NCBI GenBank assembly: GCA_013151355.1 | Contig: JAADIL010000042.1 | Location: 1 to 37,008 of the forward strand | DNA from: Gammaproteobacteria bacterium | Lineage (GTDB): Bacteria; Pseudomonadota; Gammaproteobacteria; SZUA-152 | Direction: 5' to 3' | DNA length: 37,008 bases | Shown here: positions 27,920-36,196 of the stretch, one piece after another | Position numbering within the stretch: the first letter of the stretch is position 1 | How the letters are laid out: every line of letters begins with the position of its first letter | Made by a program: the position numbers and the translations under genes | Notes under the pieces: generated by a model | The model's database searches: none | What the model was told of the DNA's origin: nothing | Seen by the model: only the letters and a program-made list of their open reading frames with translations

Positions 27920-28164
27920 AGAATGGAACACAATAACTCATACAATTGGCATCTCGGCCTCTGTTCCAGACTTGGCTCTACCTCTCCCATTCATGGGGTC
28001 GTCTGCTTCAGTCCGTCTTCGCCTAAAGCGCCTACTGTTGGTGCCCGTTCTTCAATCACAAAAGCTCAAAACAGAACGACTATTCCTGCACTTTTTCTCA
28101 ATCAGAACGAACGAATACACACTAAATCCGGGCGCCACTTGTATGAGTTATTGTGTTCCATTCC
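27920..28164. mobile_element. MITE (~245 bp) with 25-bp perfect TIR (related to family A)
   Basis: GAATGGAACACAATAACTCATACAA (27921-27945) / TTGTATGAGTTATTGTGTTCCATTC (28139-28163); flanks TCA and TTA. Confidence 0.85.
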
Positions 28165-28303
28165 TTAGCTCACAACACCACCTGAAGAACAACATTCAGG
28201 CATTACCGTGAATATCAAATATTTCATGCAATATTCTTTTAATTGATGAAGCATAAATAATAGCCCATATGCTACCACTTCAAGAGTAGCATCCAATAAA
28301 CGA

Positions 28304-28459
28304 CCCCGCAGCAAGCTGACGGGGGTATTAAACCCAAAGCGATTAATGTCACACCGGCGAAGGCCGGTGTCCAGGGGTTTCAACCTCTGGATTCTGGCCT
28401 GCGCCAGAATGAGACGGTATTCGCAGCAAGCTGCGGGGAATTGAACCCATAGAGATTAA
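28304..28459. mobile_element. Non-autonomous element with two same-orientation hairpin units (IS200/IS605-end-like) enclosing a CGTC-type REP doublet
   Basis: CCCCGCAGCAAGCTGACGGGGG-TATTAAACCCAAAGCGATTAA (28304-28346) and TTCGCAGCAAGCTGCGGGG-AATTGAACCCATAGAGATTAA (28420-28459); between them TGTCACACCGGCGAAGGCCGGTGTCCAG..CTGGATTCTGGCCTGCGCCAGAATGAGACG. Confidence 0.7.
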
Positions 28460-28608
28460 ATCTACGAAGTGATTCCCTTTTAACTCATTGAATTTATTTC
28501 AATAAATGTGCAGGCATTAGTGATTGGACGATGCGCTAATCCATTATTGGATAAACAATTAAAGTTTTTTTTCGCCAAACCGTTGATAAGGAAACTTATG
28601 AAAAGCAT

Positions 28609-29076
28609 ATGAAACAGCACATGAAACAATACAATATATCCAGGTGCTCGACAAAAACACCTATTACCCTGTTGTCCTTTATCTGGATTATCGTCAGCCT
28701 GTTTTTTGTTTTTGCCACTAGCCTCACGTTGGCTACAACCGATGATTATCTGAGTGTACTGGAAAATGAAGCTGGCAATACTGCTCCGCCCAAAAAAGTA
28801 TCGGCGGGTGATAACTATCTGGATGCGTTATCCACAGAGGCTGAAGCCAGCGCCCATGTACCAACTAATACAGGCAATACCGGGCCTTCGAAAGAACAGC
28901 TCGCACTGGAAAAGCTTCTGCAAAAAGAAAAACCCACTACCTTCAAATACTACAAAAAACTCAACCGCTGGGATAAGGCAACGGTTGTTGAACTCTACCG
29001 TACCGACAATGCGGATACACCTGCGAAATTTGACCATCTGCGGAAAAAAATACTGGATCTGTATTTTAAACGATAG
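28609..29076 (+). CDS. Hypothetical exported or membrane-anchored protein
   Basis: N-terminal hydrophobic segment; internal duplicated motif DDYLSVLENEA / DNYLDALSTEA; start uncertain. Confidence 0.7.
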   Translation: MKQHMKQYNISRCSTKTPITLLSFIWIIVSLFFVFATSLTLATTDDYLSVLENEAGNTAPPKKVSAGDNYLDALSTEAEASAHVPTNTGNTGPSKEQLALEKLLQKEKPTTFKYYKKLNRWDKATVVELYRTDNADTPAKFDHLRKKILDLYFKR

Positions 29077-29163
29077 TTTGCAACAGTCTGCTTTTCAGTA
29101 ACCTGTTTAAAGCGATAAAAAACCACATGTACCATTTTTAATTACCGCTACGAGAAATACATC

Positions 29164-29880
29164 ATGAGATATACTTGTTCAGCCTTACCCACCTCTGTTG
29201 TGATGGCCTTCATTACCTTGCTGATGTCCTCTAACACCCTGGCGCTGGAGGTCAAAATTACACAGGATATGGCCTCCATGCCGGTACACCACGGTGATGA
29301 TTTTATTAATATCCAACGTATCCAGGATCAGGATAATATACTTACAGGTGGCTACACCAAAACCTCGCGTAAGTGCCCACCATTTTGCATTCAACCACTA
29401 CATGTGGCTCCCGGTGTTATTACTGTGGCCGAACTGGAACTGTTGGAATTTATCGATAAAAAACTGGAAATAGGCAATGGTGTTCTTATCGATGCGCGCA
29501 CCCCGGCATGGTATCAAAAATCCACCATCCCTGGTTCCATTAATATCCCTTTTACTCATTTTGATCCGGAAAAATCAGTGGCAGCACTGGCCGACGTGTT
29601 ATTGAAATTGAATGTACACAAAAAAGGTATGAGTGGTAGCTCCTTTATGGATAGCATCCGTACTTTCTTTAGCGGTGATGCTAATGCAGCAGATAGTCCC
29701 TGGGATTTTTCACAAGCCAAAGAGATATTATTATATTGCAACGGCATTTGGTGTGGTCAATCACCACACGCGATTAAAAACCTGCTTTCTTTGGGTTATC
29801 CACCCGAAAAAATTTATTACTATCGTGGTGGCATGCAAGCCTGGCAATCACTGGGATTGACGATAGTTGTCCCGAAATAA
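29164..29880 (+). CDS. Exported rhodanese-domain sulfurtransferase (possibly SoxL-like)
   Basis: Signal peptide; KTSRKCPPFCIQP, LIDAR, TIPGSINIPF, YCNGIWCGQS, YYRGGMQAW. Confidence 0.85.
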   Translation: MRYTCSALPTSVVMAFITLLMSSNTLALEVKITQDMASMPVHHGDDFINIQRIQDQDNILTGGYTKTSRKCPPFCIQPLHVAPGVITVAELELLEFIDKKLEIGNGVLIDARTPAWYQKSTIPGSINIPFTHFDPEKSVAALADVLLKLNVHKKGMSGSSFMDSIRTFFSGDANAADSPWDFSQAKEILLYCNGIWCGQSPHAIKNLLSLGYPPEKIYYYRGGMQAWQSLGLTIVVPK

Positions 29881-29894
29881 TCATTCACGTTGCC

Positions 29895-29914
29895 AGAAAT
29901 GGAAATTAAATAAC
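29895..29914. repeat. Solo half of the family A palindrome
   Basis: AGAAATGGAAATTAAATAAC, 19/20 identical to 12876-12895. Confidence 0.7.
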
Positions 29915-29938
29915 TTATTGGATTCAGGACTTCCAGGT

Positions 29939-31324
29939 TCAATAAGTGAATAACTCAAATGCTTTCTTTAAAACACCACAGGCACTGTCGGTAAAGCCCG
30001 TTTTGAATTCTGAGTTAATCACCAGGCTGGCTTCAACACCATACGGAAATTTCATCACACAAGCGTAAGATGATTTTCGATACTTGATATCATTTGAAAG
30101 GGCATAACTGATACCACCGGTCGTGTTTCCAGCAGGGATAGCGTAACTGGAAAAACTTGCACCGCCATGCCAATAAAAGCCACTATTGCCGTTCCAGCCT
30201 AATAAACCCTGGTCCATCACCATTTTTTGCGGCAAGCTTAAAATTTCGCTGCTGTGACGTAAATAAGCCAAATATTGAGCAAGCTCCATTGCTGACATTC
30301 TAAAACCTGAGTGGCCGCCGCAAGAATTAAACAATGAATTATGTTCAACATCGCCCAATTCAACAAAATCTTTATTAGATGCCAACGCTTCTTCCTGGCT
30401 GGTGTATTGCATCCAGCAACCAACATTATAAATGCCTATTGGCTCAAATATATTTTGATACATATAGGCCAGATACATGCTGGAATGATTACCTTCTGTG
30501 ACTTCATTGTAAGGTGCGGTACCCATAGTTACCCAAATCTGCGGAATCAAAATTCTTAGCAGGGCAAAATTCGCATTTTTATAAGAGGACATGGCACCCG
30601 GCATTGCGCCATTTTCAACGACAAACTTCAGACTATCCCAGTCATTGCCCCAGCTTTTTTTCCCATCGTCGGTCAGCGCATTGAAATATTGATTTAACCC
30701 CGACCGATGAGTTAATAAATGCCGAAAGGTAATACCGTTTTGACCCCAAAAACCGAAACCTAACGTCCATTCGTTCGGCAAATAATCTTCAACCGGAGAA
30801 TCCAGAGGAATACCAGCCTGATCGAGAATTTTAATTGTTGCTACAGCAGTGATTTGTTTGGTAACGCTGGCAATAAAGCTGCGAGTAAAAACTGACATTT
30901 TGAGTAAATCATCACCAGCTGTATGTGCGTACCCCCAGGCATTTTGTTTTTCCGGACGGCCATCCTGGTTAATCACATAGGCATAACCGACAACCTGATT
31001 TTGCAATACATCATCGATATAAGCAGCCATATAATCCAGTGATACGGATCCTTGTTCAGGATTTTGAAAGTCGCCGCCGGTGACAGGTGGTTTGCCACCA
31101 TCAATGGCGACCAATATATCAGTAATACCAGGAAATTCAGGTTCTTCAAATTGCGCAAAACCATCAATCGTATTTTGACGTTCCAGCACATATGTAACTA
31201 TTGAGTTGTCAACAGTTTTTTTACTTTTAATAAATGCCTCACGACTTAGTGCATGGTTTGAAAAAATACAGACAACCAAAATTAAAAAAAGCAAAGAAAT
31301 AATTTTTTTACTGATTTTGGTCAT
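29939..31324 (-). CDS. Exported serine hydrolase, beta-lactamase/AmpC-like (S12) fold
   Basis: Signal peptide; SxxK (ASVTK), LLTHRSG, YxN (YKN), WHGG; GGAGG RBS; visibly AT-richer than core genes. Confidence 0.85.
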   Translation of the reverse strand: MTKISKKIISLLFLILVVCIFSNHALSREAFIKSKKTVDNSIVTYVLERQNTIDGFAQFEEPEFPGITDILVAIDGGKPPVTGGDFQNPEQGSVSLDYMAAYIDDVLQNQVVGYAYVINQDGRPEKQNAWGYAHTAGDDLLKMSVFTRSFIASVTKQITAVATIKILDQAGIPLDSPVEDYLPNEWTLGFGFWGQNGITFRHLLTHRSGLNQYFNALTDDGKKSWGNDWDSLKFVVENGAMPGAMSSYKNANFALLRILIPQIWVTMGTAPYNEVTEGNHSSMYLAYMYQNIFEPIGIYNVGCWMQYTSQEEALASNKDFVELGDVEHNSLFNSCGGHSGFRMSAMELAQYLAYLRHSSEILSLPQKMVMDQGLLGWNGNSGFYWHGGASFSSYAIPAGNTTGGISYALSNDIKYRKSSYACVMKFPYGVEASLVINSEFKTGFTDSACGVLKKAFELFTY

Positions 31325-31506
31325 CGCTGGCTTACCTCCCTGTTTCTGTTAGACAAATGATTTTCTGATCCAGAAAACTGAGGGGTATTCTAATTATCAA
31401 GATAATTTCAGGAAAGTGAAATAATACAACTTAAGTCTGTGAATTATTTACTTCGGGAACAAGCATTTGGCCAATTGGGTTTAGCCTGAAGAGGAAGAAT
31501 AACTGG

Positions 31507-31523
31507 CTATTTTGACGATGTAC
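31507..31523. repeat. Solo half of the family D palindrome
   Basis: CTATTTTGACGATGTAC identical to 26016-26032. Confidence 0.65.
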
Positions 31524-31688
31524 TGGCAGTTGAATGGCCGCGCAATGAAAAAATGTATTCATTCCGTGATGTCAGAGACATATTCAAGTGGTCAACTGCG
31601 GAATCCAGATTCAATCAATTTGGCTTTGCAATCTGCGGTATTTCAGGTTGTACAACGTATTTTGTTTGTCATGCAGAAACACAAACTG

Positions 31689-32468
31689 CTACTCCGCAAC
31701 TTGATAACGCAACCAGTACCACACCATACCTGTCCATTCATGAAACACCTGGGCGGTACGATTCAGTGATTTGGCACTGGGTAAAAAATGTCGCAACGTC
31801 AAACCACGCTGATCTTTACCATTAAACACGGTGGGTGCAGGAACAACATCAAGACCAAATTTTTTAAACGACTGCATGCTGCGCTTTATATGTCTGGCAT
31901 GGGTGACGAGATAAATGGAGTCGATGCCTTCAGCCTTTAATATTTTTGCGGAATATTGTGCATTTTCGTAAGTAGTACGACTTTGTGTTTCAATCCAGCG
32001 CACGGGCAGAGCATATTCACTTTCAATAAGTTGTTTCATCAGTTCAGCCTCGGGCGGTGACTGTTCTGTTCCCAGTCCACCGGAAACCAATATGGGTAAC
32101 AGGGTGCGCCGCGCCAGCCAGACACCATAACGAATCCGTTCCAGTGCAAAGGTGTTGGGGGTGCCACCTGCAAACTCGGGGGCATAATACCGACGGCCCG
32201 CACCCAAAATCACGATGGCTTGCGGCGGTTTGTCATTGACCAACAAGGTTTTTTCAAAAAGCGCGGTCTCCGGTTCCAACCCTGATAACAAAATACCAGC
32301 GGTCACCGGCAGGCTGGCAATATACAACAAACCCAGACCGCTTGCGGTCATATAAAATCCTGCGCGCCGGTGACGGCGCATGAGTACCAGTCCCAGCACA
32401 GCAAGAAAAATAAACCCGCCCGGCGGTCCGATGAGTTGTTCCAGTATTCCACCGATACCAAGGCCCAC
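31689..32468 (-). CDS. YdcF/SanA/ElyC family (DUF218) envelope protein
   Basis: Two N-terminal TMs, AIVILGAG, ILVSGG, ETQSRTTYENA, LVTHARHIKRS, HEWTG. Confidence 0.88.
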   Translation of the reverse strand: MGLGIGGILEQLIGPPGGFIFLAVLGLVLMRRHRRAGFYMTASGLGLLYIASLPVTAGILLSGLEPETALFEKTLLVNDKPPQAIVILGAGRRYYAPEFAGGTPNTFALERIRYGVWLARRTLLPILVSGGLGTEQSPPEAELMKQLIESEYALPVRWIETQSRTTYENAQYSAKILKAEGIDSIYLVTHARHIKRSMQSFKKFGLDVVPAPTVFNGKDQRGLTLRHFLPSAKSLNRTAQVFHEWTGMVWYWLRYQVAE

Positions 32469-32470
32469 TG

Positions 32471-33304
32471 TCAGTCTGCCTTGCTTTTTTTCGCCACTGA
32501 ATTCGCACTGACAAAATTGGTCAGCATAGCGAATTCGTCCAGGCTCACGGTTTCTGCCCGACGCCTGGGGTCAACACCTTGTGCCTCAATCTGTTCTGCA
32601 TTCATCAGCGGTTTGAGTGTGTTACGCAAAGTTTTGCGCCGTTGGGAAAAGGCCTGGGTCACCAGTTTTTCCAACAGTTTAATGTCACCAACACTGACAG
32701 GGGGTTCTTTGTAAGGCACCAGACGCACTACAGCGGAATTCACTTTGGGAGGTGGCGAAAAGGCTTCCGGCGGCACATCCATCAGTGATTCCACCTGACA
32801 GTGATATTGCATCATCACACTCAGGCGCCCGTAGTCTTTGCCGCCCGGTGTGGCAGCCAGTCTGTCTACCACTTCTTTTTGCAACATGAAGTGCATATCT
32901 TGAATCTGCTGATGCATCGACAACAGATGAAACATCAGCGGTGTGGAAATATTGTAGGGCAGGTTGCCGACAATGCGTAATGGGCGACCGTCTTTTGCCA
33001 GGGCTGCAAAATCAAATTTCAGTGCATCGGCTTGATGAATGTGCAATTGGCCACGGCCACGACAATGTTCCTGTAATTTGGGAATAATATCCCGATCCAG
33101 CTCAATGGCATCCATGGCGGTGACACAGGGCAGCAAGGATTCTGTTAACACACCCAGGCCAGGGCCTATTTCCACCAGATGATCATCCCGTTGCGGACTG
33201 ATGGCGGCAACGATACCGGCCACGATATATGGGTCCGTCAAAAAATTTTGGCCAAAGCGTTTACGGGCACGGTGTTTTGGTGTGGATGTGGAATCTGTGC
33301 TCAT
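32471..33304 (-). CDS. rsmA: 16S rRNA m6,2A1518/1519 dimethyltransferase
   Basis: RKRFGQNFL, VEIGPGLG, VGNLPYNIS, MLQKEV, PPPKVNS, FSQRRKTLRN. Confidence 0.97.
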   Translation of the reverse strand: MSTDSTSTPKHRARKRFGQNFLTDPYIVAGIVAAISPQRDDHLVEIGPGLGVLTESLLPCVTAMDAIELDRDIIPKLQEHCRGRGQLHIHQADALKFDFAALAKDGRPLRIVGNLPYNISTPLMFHLLSMHQQIQDMHFMLQKEVVDRLAATPGGKDYGRLSVMMQYHCQVESLMDVPPEAFSPPPKVNSAVVRLVPYKEPPVSVGDIKLLEKLVTQAFSQRRKTLRNTLKPLMNAEQIEAQGVDPRRRAETVSLDEFAMLTNFVSANSVAKKSKAD

Positions 33305-34320
33305 GCGACGGATCGCGCCTGCTGCATTTTCATGTGCCTGACCATTTCATCAGCCACCGACATTGCATATGACAAACTGTCGGCCCTGGCCTGACCTGTG
33401 CCTGCCAAAGCCAGTGCGGTACCGTGATCCACCGAGGTACGAATGATCGGCAGGCCTAATGTGATATTTACCGCTTTACCAAACCCCATGTGTTTCAATA
33501 CCGGCAAACCCTGATCGTGATACATGGCCAGCACGACATCGGCCTGTTGTAATGTTTCGTGGGTAAACAGGGTATCCGCTGATAATGGGCCTTGCACATC
33601 CATGCCGCGATCACGAAAACTTTGTAACACGGGTGTAATCGTCTCTGTTTCTTCTGACCCCAGATGACCGTCTTCACCGGCATGAGGGTTCAGGCCGCAA
33701 ACCAGAATACGCGGTGTATTAATACCTAACCTGATATGTAAGTCCTGTAACAACGTATCAATAACCTGTGAAAGACATTCACGCGTAATCGCTGCTGATA
33801 CTTCTTTCAGGGGCAGGTGGGTAGTGACCAGCGCAACCCGCAAGCCTTCGGTGGCCAACATCATTACCGGGTGACCACCCGTTTGCTGCGCAAGATATTC
33901 CGTGTGTCCGGTAAAGGCAATACCGGCTTCGTTGATGATGCCTTTGTGTACCGGGCCGGTGACCAGGGCATCAAACGTGCCGTGTTTGCAGCCATTAATT
34001 GCAGTATCAATGCTTTTTAAAACGGCCTGTGAATTTTTTACATTCAGTTGGCCAGGCAACACACGAGCAGCCAATGGAATATCCAGCACTGGCAATATGC
34101 CCGCACGATGAGAGCTTTTTACACAAGTGGTATTTTCCTGAAACGGGATGATCTCCAGCGGCAAATCCAGTTGCTGTGCACGAGCAGCCAGCAGTTCTGC
34201 ATCTGCAATAACAACCATTTCACAGAAATGATCTTGTTGCGCCATTTGCACACAAAGATCCGGGCCTATACCCGCCGGTTCTCCCGCCGTGATGGCCAGA
34301 CGATGAACTGATTCAGTCAT
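33301..34320 (-). CDS. pdxA: 4-hydroxythreonine-4-phosphate dehydrogenase
   Basis: GEPAGIGP, FTGHTE, GLNPHAGE, AMYHDQGL, RTSVDHGTA. Confidence 0.97.
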   Translation of the reverse strand: MTESVHRLAITAGEPAGIGPDLCVQMAQQDHFCEMVVIADAELLAARAQQLDLPLEIIPFQENTTCVKSSHRAGILPVLDIPLAARVLPGQLNVKNSQAVLKSIDTAINGCKHGTFDALVTGPVHKGIINEAGIAFTGHTEYLAQQTGGHPVMMLATEGLRVALVTTHLPLKEVSAAITRECLSQVIDTLLQDLHIRLGINTPRILVCGLNPHAGEDGHLGSEETETITPVLQSFRDRGMDVQGPLSADTLFTHETLQQADVVLAMYHDQGLPVLKHMGFGKAVNITLGLPIIRTSVDHGTALALAGTGQARADSLSYAMSVADEMVRHMKMQQARSVA

Positions 34321-34360
34321 AAACCACCACCCTCAACGTAATAAAAAATGTCACAAACAA

Positions 34361-35665
34361 TCAAAGCCGGTTTTGAACAAAAGCCTCGTCACGAATGCGC
34401 CGAACCCAGGCTTGCATGGCAGGGTCCAGTTTGCGCGCACGAATGGCGTCATTGGCATTTTTGTTTCGCACTTGTTCCGTGACATCCTGCTTGCGGCGTT
34501 CCAGCACCTGAATCAGGTGCCAGCCAAAACGGCTGCGCACCAACTCACTCAGTTCACCAACGTCCAGCGCGTTCATGCCCTGTTCAAAATTTGGCACCAT
34601 TTCACCCGGGTTCACCCAACCCAGTTCGCCACCTTCGGCACCCGAGCCGGGATCATCGGAATGTGCTTTGGCCAGCGCACCAAAATCTTCACCGGCAATA
34701 ATACGCTCACGAATTTTTTCCAGTCTTGCGCGTGCATCACTATTTTCTGTTTCATCAAAAGGTTTGATCAAAATATGCCGGGCATGTGTCTGGGTGATCA
34801 TGTGTTGTGGCTGGTTGTCGCGAATGTCGAGCATTTTGATAATGTGAAAACCGCTGGGACTGCGCAATGCATCACTGACATTATTCACATTCTGTTGCAC
34901 CACCCAGTCTGCAAACAGGCTGGGCAGGGCATCCGCGCGACGCCAGCCAAGGTCACCACCTTCCAGAGCCTGTTGACCATCAGAAAGTGCAATCGCGGTT
35001 TGCGCAAAATCAGCATTGGCGCGCAGGTCTCGCACAATTTTTTCTGCCTTCGTGCGTGCGGCTTTTATTTCCTGTGCATTGGCCGCTTCGGGCACGGATA
35101 CCAGAATATGGCCAAGGTGATATTCTTTATCTTCACCGCCACGTAATTTCTGGTTGTTGATAAAGTTGTCTATTTCCTGTTGGGTAACCACAATACGGCT
35201 GCGCACCTGGCGTTGTTGCAACCGGTTCACGGTAATTTCATCACGCATGTTTTCGCGGAAACTTTCAAAATTGATGCCTTCGCTTTGCAGGGCCGAGCGA
35301 AATTGCGACAAACTCATACGATTTTGTGCCGCAATATTTTCCAGCGTGCGGTTGAGCATGTCATCATCCACTCGTATGCTGCCACGTTTGGCCATTTGCA
35401 GTTGAATACGGCGCAGGATCATGCGATCCAGCAGTTGTTTTTTCAGTACGGCGTCACTGGGTAATTGTGTGTTTTGCTGGCTCAGCTGTTTTTTGATCAG
35501 CCCCATTTCTGCTTTCAGCTCCAGTGCGGTAATCACTTCGTCATTGACCACAGCGACAATGCGATCCAACGGATTTTCCACTGCCAGTTTTGCCTGAACC
35601 ACTGATGCCATCAGTAAGCTGCCTGTCAGTGTTATCCAGAAAAGTCTTTTTGTTATGCCATTCAT
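34361..35665 (-). CDS. surA: Periplasmic chaperone/PPIase SurA
   Basis: Signal peptide, LDRIVAVVND, two parvulin domains (GGDLGW..GFHI; GGELGW..FGWHLI). Confidence 0.96.
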   Translation of the reverse strand: MNGITKRLFWITLTGSLLMASVVQAKLAVENPLDRIVAVVNDEVITALELKAEMGLIKKQLSQQNTQLPSDAVLKKQLLDRMILRRIQLQMAKRGSIRVDDDMLNRTLENIAAQNRMSLSQFRSALQSEGINFESFRENMRDEITVNRLQQRQVRSRIVVTQQEIDNFINNQKLRGGEDKEYHLGHILVSVPEAANAQEIKAARTKAEKIVRDLRANADFAQTAIALSDGQQALEGGDLGWRRADALPSLFADWVVQQNVNNVSDALRSPSGFHIIKMLDIRDNQPQHMITQTHARHILIKPFDETENSDARARLEKIRERIIAGEDFGALAKAHSDDPGSGAEGGELGWVNPGEMVPNFEQGMNALDVGELSELVRSRFGWHLIQVLERRKQDVTEQVRNKNANDAIRARKLDPAMQAWVRRIRDEAFVQNRL

Positions 35666-35706
35666 ACTTGTTTTCTCTTTTTCACTTATTGCTTATAACG
35701 CTTGTA

Positions 35707-35999
35707 ATGTGAATTAATCGCTAAAAATACGCTATTTTTTAAAAATCACCGGGTATTTAACACAGAGGCCGCAGAGACGCAGAGTGCGCAGAGTTTTTAG
35801 TATTTTTCTCTGTGTCCTTTAGCGTCTCTGCGACCTCTGCGTTGATAACACGCCACTTGTCAGTACCACTACAACATAACCTCTCACTGTACCAGAACGC
35901 TTGTCCGGGGGTTTACACCTCTGGATTCCGGCTAAAAACATGCCGGAATGACGGTGTTTTCAAAAGTGCTAACAGAGCGATTTAGCCCTTAATTCACAT
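35707..35999. mobile_element. MITE family C, copy 2 (293 bp), 4-bp TSD TGTA
   Basis: Ends ATGTGAATTAATCGCTAAA / TTTAGCCCTTAATTCACAT; TGTA at 35703-35706 and 36000-36003; contains CAGAG arrays (35759-35843) and a CGTC-type palindrome (35921-35953). Confidence 0.87.
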
Positions 36000-36017
36000 T
36001 GTAATAATCGAGTAGGT

Positions 36018-36183
36018 GTAGGTTAGGGTAAATGTTTTTTTATGAACCTCAACATGCCAAGGTAACGCACTCCCACCAAAACCATCCTCAAGCCACCACA
36101 AACACATTTATTTCAATTTCCAACACCAGAATATTTCTGCTCCGTGTTATGAACCTGTTGGGGTTCGTGCTTCACCCCAACCT
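36018..36183. repeat. Inverted pair of a second GTAG-type REP family (left copy degenerate)
   Basis: GTAGGTTAGGGT...GAACCTCAACA (36018-36054) versus TGTTGGGGTTCGTGCTTCACCCCAACCT (36156-36183). Confidence 0.65.
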
Positions 36184-36196
36184 GGCGGACTTATTT

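Noticed and set aside
27860-28383. ORFs 27860-28168, 27873-28211 and 28165-28383
   Set aside because: They run through MITE and REP DNA, with no protein motifs or RBS.
28560-28589. Second sigma28 promoter (TAAAGTTT...)
   Set aside because: The -10 at correct spacing is ACCGTTGA (5/8), and the better-looking GTTGATAA is 3 bp too far.
31441-31460. GAATTATTTACTTCGGGAAC as the partner end of the solo family A half at 29895
   Set aside because: Only the TTATTTA core matches, and no TSD can be defined.
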